From the sequence record LC739535.1: a stretch of 64,000 nucleotides of DNA. The stretch is one strand, 5' to 3'. The notes under the pieces are model-generated. The model was not told the DNA's origin, searched no databases, and saw only the letters and a program-made list of their open reading frames with translations. A program made the translations under genes and the position numbers. This stretch comes from Escherichia phage phiWec186. Shown one piece after another: positions 36,248 to 46,729 of this stretch. Each line of letters begins with the position of its first letter. Position 1 is the first letter of the stretch.

Positions 36248-38922
36248 TAGTCGTAATATTTCAAACCTGTAATAAACTTCGATCCCCAATCCGCACTTGC
36301 GGCGGTGAACGTCAACATCCAAGTTGTAGCTGTACCAGTGAAGACCTCTCGTTGCACAGTACCATCAGTGTGGTAAATGTCCACGCCAGTATGTCCATTC
36401 TTAGGAATAGTGAAGGTAACAGCACTGGTAGTGTCTCGTGCATAAGAACAAACAAATGGTGTCCCCGCCCAGACTGGATTTGTCAAATCACCCATCTCAA
36501 GTTGTGGAACCCAAGCAATAAGACCTGCCGTACCATCTCCTGCGAAAGTGTCTGATCCACTTGCATTCAAAGCTATAATCTCATAGGTTATAGATGCTTG
36601 TTTGGCAACTGTCACTTTGTGTAGAATTACACGATACCAACCATTCCCCATATCGATTATGTTTGCATCTGCACCTGTAAATGTTCCAGCTACAAGATCA
36701 TAAGTCCCTTCGTTAATCTCATCTCCTGAAGTCAATTTGAGTTTCACTTTAGTGATCCCGTCTGGCTTCAAGAATACGGATGCCGCCCAGTGCTTACCTG
36801 CTGTAATATCAGAAGCTGTATTCACTGCTGATAAAATATGTTGTCCTGAAGTTGTAGAAGGTGTTAACTTGTAAGTGTTAGCCGTAGTTCCAATCGGAGA
36901 GTTGATTGTTGATGCTGTGACTGTCAAGTTCGTCTTCAACCACGGGGAAGCTGTTGTCAAGTTATTGTTGATAAAGATATGTGTACGGTTGGCTGCTACA
37001 ACACGTCTACCTTGTGGAGTTGTACCAACATATTCTAAAGGTGCTACGGGAGCAGAACTCTCTGTAGGTACAAGGATATCTCCAGAAGTCCTGGCATAAC
37101 GGTTACTCCTGTTGACCTTTACATCCACCGGAATAGTTTCTTGCGTCAAATCATAGTCCATCACAATCACCACAGCATTCACTGCGAGATAAGAACTATC
37201 TTCGGCAGTTACCACGCCTTGATAAGTTGCTCTACAACCAATACGACAATCTCCATCAGTAACCGCTGTAATAACGCCTGTAACGGGGTCAACTGTTGCT
37301 ACTGTAGGGTCGTTAGAGAAATACTCAACAACCATACCAGGGAGGTTTTCTGCCCCTGCTGGGGTTATTTCTGCCACCAATGTTTGCGTTGTCCCTTCAT
37401 CCATAGCTGAAAGACTTGGAGTATACACTTCCAACGTTGAAGCATAACCTCCAGAGCTATCTGATAAAGTTGTTCCTGCTGCATTCAGTGCTGTCATCCC
37501 CGCATCAAAACCACCTTCAGCCACAAACGTCATCAAACCAGAAGCAGATATTGTCATGTACGCTGGGGCAGATGTTGTGTAAGCTTCATTGAAGATTTTG
37601 GCTCCTGAAGGACTTACTGAATAGGTTAACTGTTTGCTCCCACCAACAATACAAATACCTAAAGAATCTGTAGTTAAACTGGTAGCCAACTCTGATCCTA
37701 AGATCGAATCTTGTGAAATAGGTGCGAACTTGTTAGAATTCAACGTCCCATTAAACAGAGGATTGGTCTTACCATCAACAGTAACACCAGAGTAAAACAG
37801 ATTACCATCGTAGACAAAGAAAGTTGCATGGTAGCCTAACTGGTTAGTCACATCCAGATTCTGACTGTGGACACTTGTTAGTTTGCTCATGTCCCAACTC
37901 GGAACACCTTCGGGCTTAAGAGGCTTCTCAACAACCAAAGGATCTGTTGCCAGAGATGCGTAACCAACACCTAAGTTTCCTGTGTAGTTTTTACCTACAG
38001 CCCACAAACTGTTATTAATACTTAAGAAGAAAGCGTGGCGACTCATTGGGAAACTCCATGCAGAGAAACCGCCAGAGAAGTTGCTTACTTTCGTATAAGT
38101 TGTCGCAGTGTTAGAACGTGCATACAAATAATTCGTTGTTCCAGTACCGCCAGAGGTATCTCCAATTACCAATGTCTGGGAAACTGTGTTAACGTAATCT
38201 TTCACATAAACTGTTTCGGTAGAAGATATAGTCGCAGTAACGAAAGCTGTTGTTGTACTGTTGTTACCTGCCATACCTTTGCTTGCACCGCAAACACGTA
38301 ATGAACCAACGTTGTTAAGGTAAGAACATTGGTTGTATCCTGCATCAAATGCTAAAGCAACAGAAGTTATTTGACGTGGACTTGGGATTTGGTTAGTATT
38401 ACTTGAACCAAGGCTCCCCACTGTGTTTTGTCCTGAACCATAAAGCACTCCATTGTTCATGAGCCACAAGGTATTATTATAACCCCCTTTAACCTCTTTC
38501 AGGTTGGCTAAGGTTATGATTGAGGTAATAGACGATGGGAAGCTGGTCCACGTAGTCATGCAAACATCAGCGCCGCCAGCGGCTGTAGATCCAACAAGAC
38601 CTGCTAACAAGCCAGCATACTGCCAACCACCACTTTGAAGCTTGATAACGAAGCAACGATCTGCCGGAAATATATCTTCTGCTGTTGTTGATGCCAAATG
38701 GAAGGTAGAGTATTTTGCTGTACGTGTGCCGTCAGCAATCTCTCCGAACACATTATCCCCTTGAGTGAATAAACGCCCATCGTTCAAGAGGAGAGCTAAA
38801 CTGGTTTTAGAGTTGCCAGAAGCGTCTGGGTAATCTAAAGTTATTACTTTCTTGATTATTCCTGCTGGAAGTGGAACTACACCTGTGCTGGTCATAATCA
38901 TCATTACTGGAATTGGAAACAT
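36247..38922 (-). CDS. tail fiber / adhesin-like protein
   Basis: 891 aa Ser/Thr/Gly-rich beta protein with an Ig-like segment; SD GGAGGA; location in the fiber cluster. Confidence 0.5.
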   Translation of the reverse strand: MFPIPVMMIMTSTGVVPLPAGIIKKVITLDYPDASGNSKTSLALLLNDGRLFTQGDNVFGEIADGTRTAKYSTFHLASTTAEDIFPADRCFVIKLQSGGWQYAGLLAGLVGSTAAGGADVCMTTWTSFPSSITSIITLANLKEVKGGYNNTLWLMNNGVLYGSGQNTVGSLGSSNTNQIPSPRQITSVALAFDAGYNQCSYLNNVGSLRVCGASKGMAGNNSTTTAFVTATISSTETVYVKDYVNTVSQTLVIGDTSGGTGTTNYLYARSNTATTYTKVSNFSGGFSAWSFPMSRHAFFLSINNSLWAVGKNYTGNLGVGYASLATDPLVVEKPLKPEGVPSWDMSKLTSVHSQNLDVTNQLGYHATFFVYDGNLFYSGVTVDGKTNPLFNGTLNSNKFAPISQDSILGSELATSLTTDSLGICIVGGSKQLTYSVSPSGAKIFNEAYTTSAPAYMTISASGLMTFVAEGGFDAGMTALNAAGTTLSDSSGGYASTLEVYTPSLSAMDEGTTQTLVAEITPAGAENLPGMVVEYFSNDPTVATVDPVTGVITAVTDGDCRIGCRATYQGVVTAEDSSYLAVNAVVIVMDYDLTQETIPVDVKVNRSNRYARTSGDILVPTESSAPVAPLEYVGTTPQGRRVVAANRTHIFINNNLTTASPWLKTNLTVTASTINSPIGTTANTYKLTPSTTSGQHILSAVNTASDITAGKHWAASVFLKPDGITKVKLKLTSGDEINEGTYDLVAGTFTGADANIIDMGNGWYRVILHKVTVAKQASITYEIIALNASGSDTFAGDGTAGLIAWVPQLEMGDLTNPVWAGTPFVCSYARDTTSAVTFTIPKNGHTGVDIYHTDGTVQREVFTGTATTWMLTFTAASADWGSKFITGLKYYD

Positions 38923-38936
38923 TTTTATCCTCCATA

Positions 38937-38960
38937 AAAGAAAAGCCCCTTGCGGGGCTT
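38937..38960 (-). terminator. rho-independent terminator (minus strand)
   Basis: gcccc-ttgc-ggggc hairpin with T-run on the minus strand. Confidence 0.6.
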
Positions 38961-38963
38961 CTA

Positions 38964-41009
38964 TTATCGTGTTACAACAACCATGTCCACGATATTACCC
39001 GCACCTGGATACGTCAACTGTAGAATTGTCACAGCACTTGCTGCTGTTGCTACATCCGTATCGTTCAGTGCTCCGTAAGACGCATCCAGCGTCACGGTGT
39101 GTCCCGTTGTATCTTGCAGAAGGTAAATCATTGCAGAGAAAGCTTTCGGTTTTGTAGCTCCTGTAACTCCAGGCCATGCCCCGATCGTCAATGCATCTGT
39201 AACGTTGACCACGTACATATTGGTCGCCCCAGAAGGAGTCCAAGAAGTACCTGAACTTGCTACGGTAGTAGTTTCAAGTTCAAGATAACCTGCTGTTACT
39301 TTTGTAGGCGTTATTGCCTCTGTAGGATCGCCAGCCGAGATTTCAATCCAATCACCATCAGAACGCCCGTAGGTCAAACCATCTTCAGGAGCTTCAGGAA
39401 TGCTTGGAAGTGTACCAACTTGCGTCCAAACAGTAGCAGCGGTTTTCTTAAAGACAGCCCCTGTTGCAGTGTTGAAAGCGTAGTCGTTAATAACACCTTC
39501 GGCATTGGTTGGGTTGGTTGCAGCTACAAACCATTGCGCCCCGTCCTTACCATCTGTTCCATTAGTCCCTGGTGTACCGTTAGTTCCGTTTGTCCCGTTA
39601 GTACCTGCTGGACCTGGATCACCCTTATCCCCTTTGTCACCTTTATCGCCTTTTATGCTACCCATGTCAACAAAAGAGGCGGTGTTCGTATCTTTGTCGT
39701 AAGTGTAAATATAAAGGTTACTGGTGTCTTCTGTCAGATAAGCATCGCCATAGTTGTTGTACGTTGGCAGCGCAGAACCGTTTGGTACATGACCTTTGGC
39801 AGTGATAGATGTTCCACCAAGGCTTCCTACGTTCATCCAGTCTGTAGCGCCTTCTACCCAAACATACAAGTTGTTGTTGATAATATATGCATCACCAACT
39901 TCCCCTGTTGCTGGGAGTTCAGATTCATTAGAGAGAACGTCTAAGATTTCCAAGCCAGAGCCTGTTGCCCCAACTGGACCTTGCGGACCTATTTCACCCT
40001 GATCGCCCTGTTCACCTTGAATCCCTTGGTCGCCTTTCTCACCTTTGATCGCTGCGATAAAATCTACTTCCGTCCCTGTGTTACCAATATCTAACCAAGA
40101 TTGGTAAGCTGACTTCCCTTCGTCACCATCTGTCCCATCAAGACCATCAGTACCTGCTTCACCCTGCGGACCTTGTGGGCCTACAATGTTACCCATGTTA
40201 ACCCAGTCTTCACCATTGGAGACATAAAGATATCCACCAATAGAGTAAGCTTGGCTTACGTTATTTGGGTTAGCTGCTGGTAGGTTAGCAGTAGAGTCAA
40301 GATCCCCACGGTAATCAAAACCGTTCGCATTAAGACCTGCTGCCCCTTGTGGACCTTGAGGACCAACGTCTCCTCGATCTCCTTTCAGAGATGCCAAGTA
40401 GTCGTAAATTGTACCAGTATTACCTACTGACAACCACACTTGGTACGCTGACTTCCCTTCTGGACCCAAAGAAGAAATCATTTTCCAAGTTGCGCCGTCC
40501 CAAGCGTAAATGGCATCTCCGACAATCCAACCGTCCCCTAAAGCATTACCTGTTGTAGGTAATTGGTTGATGTTGTTCAAAGATCCTTTGATATTTAATT
40601 GTGCGCCAGTGTCACCTTTAAGAGACGCTAACCATTGTTGTTCTGTGCCTACGAAACCATTATCCAGAGCAATCTGGTAGGCTGATTTCCCAGCTTCAGG
40701 GATTTGAGTAGAGATGTTATTGATCTCTTGCTGCATTATTGCAAAACGGGCATTAATTACTGCGATATCATCAGCAGTACCTACGCTCTCCCATCCAGTG
40801 GAGTTAATACCACCTGTGCTTGCCGGAGTAGAGTTCTCAGGAACAACTTTCGGAAAAGCACCTTTCCATTTATAATAGTTACCGTCATCATCTAAAAGCA
40901 GAACTTCACGGGCATTACGTAAAGTAAATCCCGCTGCAAAGCTTCGACGTTTACGGTACGTAGCTTCGACCATATCTGCAATCGAGCTATTCGGTCTTGT
41001 TAAAAGCAT
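38964..41009 (-). CDS. collagen-like repeat tail fiber protein
   Basis: Several G-X-Y triplet runs (GDKGDKGDKGDPGPAGTNGTNGTNGTPG, GPQGPQGEAGTDGLDGTDG, GEKGDQGIQGEQGDQGEIGPQGPVG). Confidence 0.65.
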   Translation of the reverse strand: MLLTRPNSSIADMVEATYRKRRSFAAGFTLRNAREVLLLDDDGNYYKWKGAFPKVVPENSTPASTGGINSTGWESVGTADDIAVINARFAIMQQEINNISTQIPEAGKSAYQIALDNGFVGTEQQWLASLKGDTGAQLNIKGSLNNINQLPTTGNALGDGWIVGDAIYAWDGATWKMISSLGPEGKSAYQVWLSVGNTGTIYDYLASLKGDRGDVGPQGPQGAAGLNANGFDYRGDLDSTANLPAANPNNVSQAYSIGGYLYVSNGEDWVNMGNIVGPQGPQGEAGTDGLDGTDGDEGKSAYQSWLDIGNTGTEVDFIAAIKGEKGDQGIQGEQGDQGEIGPQGPVGATGSGLEILDVLSNESELPATGEVGDAYIINNNLYVWVEGATDWMNVGSLGGTSITAKGHVPNGSALPTYNNYGDAYLTEDTSNLYIYTYDKDTNTASFVDMGSIKGDKGDKGDKGDPGPAGTNGTNGTNGTPGTNGTDGKDGAQWFVAATNPTNAEGVINDYAFNTATGAVFKKTAATVWTQVGTLPSIPEAPEDGLTYGRSDGDWIEISAGDPTEAITPTKVTAGYLELETTTVASSGTSWTPSGATNMYVVNVTDALTIGAWPGVTGATKPKAFSAMIYLLQDTTGHTVTLDASYGALNDTDVATAASAVTILQLTYPGAGNIVDMVVVTR

Positions 41010-41049
41010 TTATTTACTCCTGATTAATCATTCGTTTATCGTTGGGAGT

Positions 41050-41073
41050 TAAAAAGGGGGACAAGCCCCCTTT
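41050..41073 (-). terminator. rho-independent terminator (minus strand)
   Basis: ggggg-acaag-ccccc hairpin flanked by an A-run on the plus strand. Confidence 0.55.
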
Positions 41074-41076
41074 CAC

Positions 41077-44000
41077 TTATGTCGTCGGAGTATCAATCAC
41101 CGGAGTAGGACGAATTACCGCAGTGTTACCAACCGCAACGTTGCTTGCGCTATTAGGAATAGTTGTGATACGTACTCCTGCTGCTGTCGCTGTTTGGATA
41201 GGATCTGCGATATCCACCTTCACTGGGTTGGTCCAAGTATCGTTATCCTGATAAGGGGCACGAGTGATTACTGTGTCCAAATCAGATCCACCTGGACCTG
41301 CACCTGCGATACGGATACGTGTACCTGCTGACAGTGGGTAATGATATAACCAAGAAGCATTTGTCGCTGTACCGTTAGGTGTCAGGTTCTGCACAATCGA
41401 TTTATCACCAACATTTGTCGCTCGGATACCGAAGGCTGGAATGTCTGGAATGTACGCACCACTTGTTGTTACAAGGAAGAACGTATTGTCTGCTTTAACG
41501 ATAATATCCCCTTTATCGAATTCTTTCCCAGTTGGGAAGTGCATCCCGTCAATGTTGCGACCTGGGATTGCTTCGATGTAGTAAGATTTACCAGTAGAGC
41601 CTACCAGAGCACCAATACCACCTGCGATGTTCGTATACATGTTCGCTTCAACGTTACAGTTGATACGATGAATATCCGAGTAACGGCAACGACTCCATTG
41701 AGGACGTCCAGTTACCATTGTGTTTCCATTCGGATAGCAGTTTACGTTCACCATTTCCAGAACTGACTTCTCTCTACGGAAGAATCCATCGTAGAAAGTA
41801 CCTGGACCAGATTCCGGTTGACCTACACACTCGAAAGAGTTACAAGTGATGTTAGCCATTGACAACCAAGAAGCGATACCAAACAATTGCAGAGCGTTAC
41901 AACGGATGTTATCGAAGCTAACGCGGTTCTCAAAACCTGGACCCGCTGATACACCTGCGAAGACACGTCCTGTAGCTGTATGTACGTTACGTACCGAGTA
42001 ATTGAAGCAAGGGTTTGATGGGCGACCCTGTGCAGGAACAACAGGTTTACCATCCTCGCCTAAAACTGCGTTCGTACCCCATTCCAGATAGATCATACGG
42101 ATTGCACTTGGCAACGTATTGTCGTCTGTAATAGGCTCACCATAAACACCATCGATCGTGAAATCTTTACAGCCGTACATTACAACAGCGCCTGTTGCAA
42201 GCCCTGTACCAACAGAAACTGTCTGGTCAGGATCACCGTGGATGTTCTGGATAGAAATGTTACGACCAACTTCTACGTGAACAATCTGGCGGCAACGTTT
42301 CGCAAATACGTTACGGATTGTAATGTTCTTACAATACTGCGTATCTGGAATGTCATAACCGTATGGACCTTTACCTGCTACACCGATACCGATACCCCAG
42401 TTAGAAAGAGGAATTGGTGCGTTCGTTCCGTCGATGTGAGACAAGTAGATGTTCTCAATAACACAACCTTCATCGTAGTGCTTGTTGATTACGTTCAGTT
42501 CGATTGCATCGCCCTGCATATCCATAAACGTCAAGTTACGGAAGACACCGCGACTAACTGGTTCGCCAGTACCTTGTTGAAGGATACCGTAAAGTCCGTT
42601 TTTAAATGTACAGTTGTCAATCTCAAAAGTACCTGGAATTGGGTTGCCCTGGAATACCAAGCTACCAACCTGTCCTGGACGAGGTGCACCATCCCACAAG
42701 CAGTCATAGATACGCACATCGCCACCCCAATACATTACACGGGAGTTGCGGAAAGTCGTACCTTCCACTTTACAGTTCTGTAGACGGTAGTCACGTTGTC
42801 CACGGAAGACACCACCAAGGAGGGTGATCCCAGTAATATCAAAAGAACTTGTAGTGAAGGTCATATCACAACCATAAGCATTCAGGATCTTGCTCTTGGT
42901 TGCTGCTGTTGCCACGAGAGCCGCTTGGAAAGCTGCTTCTTGAGTAGCGTACACTGCACTGTTTGCAAACTCGGACAGGTAAACAACATCAAACAGATCG
43001 TCAAACTTACCACCGTGTGGAGTTAACAGACCTTCTGTGTTTGTCAGTACCCAAGCATTTGGACCTACGCCACCAGAGGAGGCAAGGGTGTCACTCGCAG
43101 AGAGAGTTTTTGGCAAAGTGCCAGCCCAACGGTAACGACCTGCACCCATACCAATAGTCTGGTGTTTAAGGGTCAGGGTAATTTCATTACCGAAACTGGT
43201 AGGCAGATGTACATATTGCTGACGTTCAACTGCTAATGCTGCCAAGTCAACAGTACCAGAAGAGTGGGTAAGAACACCAGTATCTGATAAGCTAACAAAT
43301 GTCCCAGTTAAACCAGGTGGCAGGGTGTAAGCTATTTGGTTAGTGGCATCATACAGGGCTTTCAGACCTATTAAAGCTTGTCCTGATTTTGCGTAAGCCA
43401 CTTCATAATTCAGGAAACCATATTTACGAGCGATTGTCTGAAGAGGAACAGCGTTCATATCTTCGGTCAATGTTTCAGTAGTTGTTTCCAGGTTAGAAAT
43501 TCGGTTTTCGAGGTTAGGATCGTTTTCTGCGCTTGCTACAATCTTACCGATGTAAGCAAACAACTGATTAGGTAATCCGGTTGCAGGATCATGTCCAAGT
43601 GGTTCGGACAAGATGATCTGACTGTTCTCAATACGGAATGCATCACCCACAATCTGGATAACGCCGTTGATAGTCACAATAGCACTATCGAACACGTAAG
43701 GAGGACTGATTACTTTTTCATAACCTGTTGCAGAGGTATACAACCAAGGAATAACTTCACTTGGGAGTTGTTCAGTCTGCATTCCCCACAGCACCCAGTT
43801 ATTGTCCCCGACTGGAGTCCCTTGCATTGGGATAGGGTTCACCAGTGTTGCTGCTGGAGCGTAGTAGTATCCACTCAAGATTCCGTTCTGATAAAAACGG
43901 AGTTGGTTGAATACTGTTTCATTAGTCCCTTGCGCCCAGGCAATAGGACTTTTGAAGTAAAAGTTATCAACCAAAGCCTTACGTAAAGTCGGAATCAATC

Positions 44001-44127
44001 CTGATTCCGTATCAATACTTTCTGTTGCGCTTCCGTTGATGATATCGTGTATCTGGTTAGAAGAAAAGATTACCAGATCTACGCCCTGTTCCAGGGACGT
44101 AGCGGGATATGTTGGGAATAGTGTCAT
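41077..44127 (-). CDS. tail spike protein with beta-helix (pectate-lyase-like) domain, candidate depolymerase
   Basis: 1016 aa; periodic beta-helix-type repeats rich in N/G/V/I (NCTFKNGLYGI..., NITIRNVFAK..., NISIQNIHGD...). Confidence 0.55.
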   Translation of the reverse strand: MTLFPTYPATSLEQGVDLVIFSSNQIHDIINGSATESIDTESGLIPTLRKALVDNFYFKSPIAWAQGTNETVFNQLRFYQNGILSGYYYAPAATLVNPIPMQGTPVGDNNWVLWGMQTEQLPSEVIPWLYTSATGYEKVISPPYVFDSAIVTINGVIQIVGDAFRIENSQIILSEPLGHDPATGLPNQLFAYIGKIVASAENDPNLENRISNLETTTETLTEDMNAVPLQTIARKYGFLNYEVAYAKSGQALIGLKALYDATNQIAYTLPPGLTGTFVSLSDTGVLTHSSGTVDLAALAVERQQYVHLPTSFGNEITLTLKHQTIGMGAGRYRWAGTLPKTLSASDTLASSGGVGPNAWVLTNTEGLLTPHGGKFDDLFDVVYLSEFANSAVYATQEAAFQAALVATAATKSKILNAYGCDMTFTTSSFDITGITLLGGVFRGQRDYRLQNCKVEGTTFRNSRVMYWGGDVRIYDCLWDGAPRPGQVGSLVFQGNPIPGTFEIDNCTFKNGLYGILQQGTGEPVSRGVFRNLTFMDMQGDAIELNVINKHYDEGCVIENIYLSHIDGTNAPIPLSNWGIGIGVAGKGPYGYDIPDTQYCKNITIRNVFAKRCRQIVHVEVGRNISIQNIHGDPDQTVSVGTGLATGAVVMYGCKDFTIDGVYGEPITDDNTLPSAIRMIYLEWGTNAVLGEDGKPVVPAQGRPSNPCFNYSVRNVHTATGRVFAGVSAGPGFENRVSFDNIRCNALQLFGIASWLSMANITCNSFECVGQPESGPGTFYDGFFRREKSVLEMVNVNCYPNGNTMVTGRPQWSRCRYSDIHRINCNVEANMYTNIAGGIGALVGSTGKSYYIEAIPGRNIDGMHFPTGKEFDKGDIIVKADNTFFLVTTSGAYIPDIPAFGIRATNVGDKSIVQNLTPNGTATNASWLYHYPLSAGTRIRIAGAGPGGSDLDTVITRAPYQDNDTWTNPVKVDIADPIQTATAAGVRITTIPNSASNVAVGNTAVIRPTPVIDTPTT

Positions 44128-44133
44128 TTATAA

Positions 44134-44469
44134 TTAACCCTTACTCTGTGTACGTTTAGTAATATCCTCTAACATCATCTGGATCGTTGCATTCTTGAGG
44201 TCCATGATTTTTTCAATCTTCTGCTCAAGAGTAGTATTGTTCGCCAGTAATGTAGAGTTAATCTGATTCAGCATTTGAGTAAGTTCAGCTTTCGTTGCGT
44301 AAGTGGATTCGACGAAAACAAGTTTCTTTTCCAACTCACGGGCCTTGTCTTCGACCTTCTCCAAATCAACACCAAACTTATCTATTTTTTGTTTAAACAG
44401 GAACCAGATTAAACCGATTAGAGGGATGATTGCGTCCTTAGCAAGACCCCAGACTTCTTGAAATTCCAT
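44134..44469 (-). CDS. membrane-anchored coiled-coil protein
   Basis: N-terminal TM helix IIPLIGLIWFLF followed by a charged helical region. Confidence 0.45.
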   Translation of the reverse strand: MEFQEVWGLAKDAIIPLIGLIWFLFKQKIDKFGVDLEKVEDKARELEKKLVFVESTYATKAELTQMLNQINSTLLANNTTLEQKIEKIMDLKNATIQMMLEDITKRTQSKG

Positions 44470-44480
44470 ATTTGCATCCC

Positions 44481-45026
44481 TTATTTTGTTGGTAAGGTAG
44501 GCCAGTTAACCTCGTAAGGATATCCCTCTTGAACAGGAACACGGTTCAATTCCACAACATAAACCTGGAGTTGCTTCAGTTCCGCAAGTTCTTCGGGTGT
44601 CGCTATCTCAAGGTCTTTTGCATATTGCAAAGGAGTGATAAGGGCAACGGCTGCTTCTTGCTTATTCTTTATTTCAGCAGAAACCTTGACAATCATTTGT
44701 TCACGACTGTACTCTTTATCTTTCAGTGTAAGAGTTTCTAAGTCTAAAACCTTGTCACGGATATCTTCGAAACTTGTAATCTCAAAATCAACTTGTGCAA
44801 GAGACATGTTTTCGGGACACAACAGAGTAGGATCTGTGTTCCAAAAAACTATACGGTTCTGATCGTCAAACACAACTTTCATTTTGTCGTTTTTTAACAG
44901 ACCATCGCGTAATTCATACCAATCAAAACCCTGGTCGCAAAGTAGGAACAAAATGTTCTCTACTTCTACGAGTTCTCTTAGGGCGGGATCTTCTGGGATA
45001 TACTTCTTAAAATTAGTGTAGAGCAT
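44481..45026 (-). CDS. tail fiber assembly protein (Tfa-like)
   Basis: C-terminal ATPEELAELKQLQVYVVELNRVPVQEGYPYEVNWPTLP resembles Tfa chaperones; sits immediately after the fiber gene. Confidence 0.65.
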   Translation of the reverse strand: MLYTNFKKYIPEDPALRELVEVENILFLLCDQGFDWYELRDGLLKNDKMKVVFDDQNRIVFWNTDPTLLCPENMSLAQVDFEITSFEDIRDKVLDLETLTLKDKEYSREQMIVKVSAEIKNKQEAAVALITPLQYAKDLEIATPEELAELKQLQVYVVELNRVPVQEGYPYEVNWPTLPTK

Positions 45027-46088
45027 TTAGCCTCCAATATCGTACCAGTTTCCGTTCACGTTTCGCTGGAGACGTTTGAAGTAAACACCACCAATGTTAT
45101 CCGCAGAACTACGGCCTGTTTCCTGAACAATAATACCAGAAAGAACATAGCCGGAAGAACAAACGTATGTCCAAGACACTTCGTTACCTGGTGGGTAATA
45201 TACGCCTTGGCTGGTATAACGTATGTCACGAACAAAGTTACCATTCGCATAGTTATAGTTGTTACTGATCTGGTTTTGCAAGTTACTGTTCACGCTGTCA
45301 ATACGTGAGTTTAAGTTGTTGTTAACGTTGTTCAGGTTGTTTTGAACAGAGTTAATATTCGTTTGCAAGGTGTTCTGTAAAGAGCTTAAACGCGAGTTCA
45401 AGTAATCTAAACGAACCAGAGCATTGCCGTTCCCAGTATCTTGTCCACTATTAGATCGTGGATTATCAATCAGAACATAACCGCCATCATACAAACGTAC
45501 TGCACAGGATACGTTACCATTGGTAGGGTTCCTGCGATATATGTAAAGGTGTCCTCCGTTATTATATTCGGAAGAGATTTCACCGTTAGTTTGACCTGCA
45601 AAGTTTTTAAAGAAGATAGTAGCAGGATCTGAAGTAGATGTACCATTTACATAAATATCTCCACCATAGATAGCACCGCCGCCATCGCGTTTAACCAACA
45701 CGTTAGGGGTTACTGTCGTGCTTGTTGCATCTGTGATGTTTGAAGATAAGTGGTTGTGGCTATTATCTACAACTTGAATAGAAAGTGTTACTGCTGCATT
45801 CCCGTTCCAGGTTACTTCACCTGTTGCATCCCCTGACATTGTTATTTTAGTACCAACCAGAGGAAGATACGTATTTGGTAATGTTGGAAGAAACTCGTCA
45901 ACCAGATAACGAATCCATAATCCGTTATTGTTGAGTACCCAATTCATTTCTTCACAGGTCATGATTTGACCGTAATCCATACCCACGGTACGAATAATTT
46001 CTTTAGGTCGAATCTTGTTTAAGTTTTGTGTTCCTGGGAGGGTAACTGTTTCTACAGCCCAATCAGGATAGTATATTGGCTTCGCCAT
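45027..46088 (-). CDS. tail fiber protein
   Basis: 353 aa; N/S/Q-rich repeats, Gly-rich beta region; followed by Tfa. Confidence 0.55.
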   Translation of the reverse strand: MAKPIYYPDWAVETVTLPGTQNLNKIRPKEIIRTVGMDYGQIMTCEEMNWVLNNNGLWIRYLVDEFLPTLPNTYLPLVGTKITMSGDATGEVTWNGNAAVTLSIQVVDNSHNHLSSNITDATSTTVTPNVLVKRDGGGAIYGGDIYVNGTSTSDPATIFFKNFAGQTNGEISSEYNNGGHLYIYRRNPTNGNVSCAVRLYDGGYVLIDNPRSNSGQDTGNGNALVRLDYLNSRLSSLQNTLQTNINSVQNNLNNVNNNLNSRIDSVNSNLQNQISNNYNYANGNFVRDIRYTSQGVYYPPGNEVSWTYVCSSGYVLSGIIVQETGRSSADNIGGVYFKRLQRNVNGNWYDIGG

Positions 46089-46097
46089 TGGAACTCC

Positions 46098-46727
46098 TTA
46101 ATCGATTTGTTTCAGAAGCATACACATGCGTCCAGTTTCATCCCCTGTGGATTCCAAGTACAAGGAACCCAAACCACCAATACCATGAGGATCTTTGGTA
46201 GCGTAATAAGAGGTGAATCCAAAAGCTGATCCGGCTTTAGCTCCCAGTCGGTAGTTGCTTATAATTGGGAACACACTTAAAAGTTGCTCAAGAGCTTGAT
46301 CAGACTGAAGACACAAGTTATAAAAGAACACATCAAAGGATTTATTCAATCCCACATATGTGTTAATTGTATCTCGTTTTGTACCTGTGAAACGGGCGAA
46401 GATATCAATAATGTCCCCACGAGTCCCCGAAGAGGCAACACGATAAGCCCTGATTTTTAAAATTGTGCGGTACTCTTCATCATCAGAACCATTTCGTTCA
46501 ATACCCATCTCTTCACCAAGGAGATCAAGATAATCTCCCGTGGCTGTAGATATTAAACGGTGTTTAGCAAGATAGATCATTGCCTGATCTATCTTTTGCT
46601 TTTCACTTGATACGATGTAGAGGAGCTTGACAATGTTAGGGGAAGATTTAAAATCTTCAATCAACAGATCTTTAACGTCTTCATTGATATTCTCCCAAGT
46701 CGTTACATGGTCAACACTCACTGCCAT
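46098..46727 (-). CDS. baseplate protein (gpI-like position)
   Basis: Position between the J-like gene and the fiber, as in P2/Mu baseplate operons. Confidence 0.4.
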   Translation of the reverse strand: MAVSVDHVTTWENINEDVKDLLIEDFKSSPNIVKLLYIVSSEKQKIDQAMIYLAKHRLISTATGDYLDLLGEEMGIERNGSDDEEYRTILKIRAYRVASSGTRGDIIDIFARFTGTKRDTINTYVGLNKSFDVFFYNLCLQSDQALEQLLSVFPIISNYRLGAKAGSAFGFTSYYATKDPHGIGGLGSLYLESTGDETGRMCMLLKQID

Positions 46728-46729
46728 TT

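Noticed and set aside
39420-39944. Plus-strand ORFs with PLVP repeats; possible repeat array or CRISPR
   Set aside because: These are the antisense image of the collagen-like G-X-Y coding repeats. Repeat units are 9 nt and coding, with no spacer structure.
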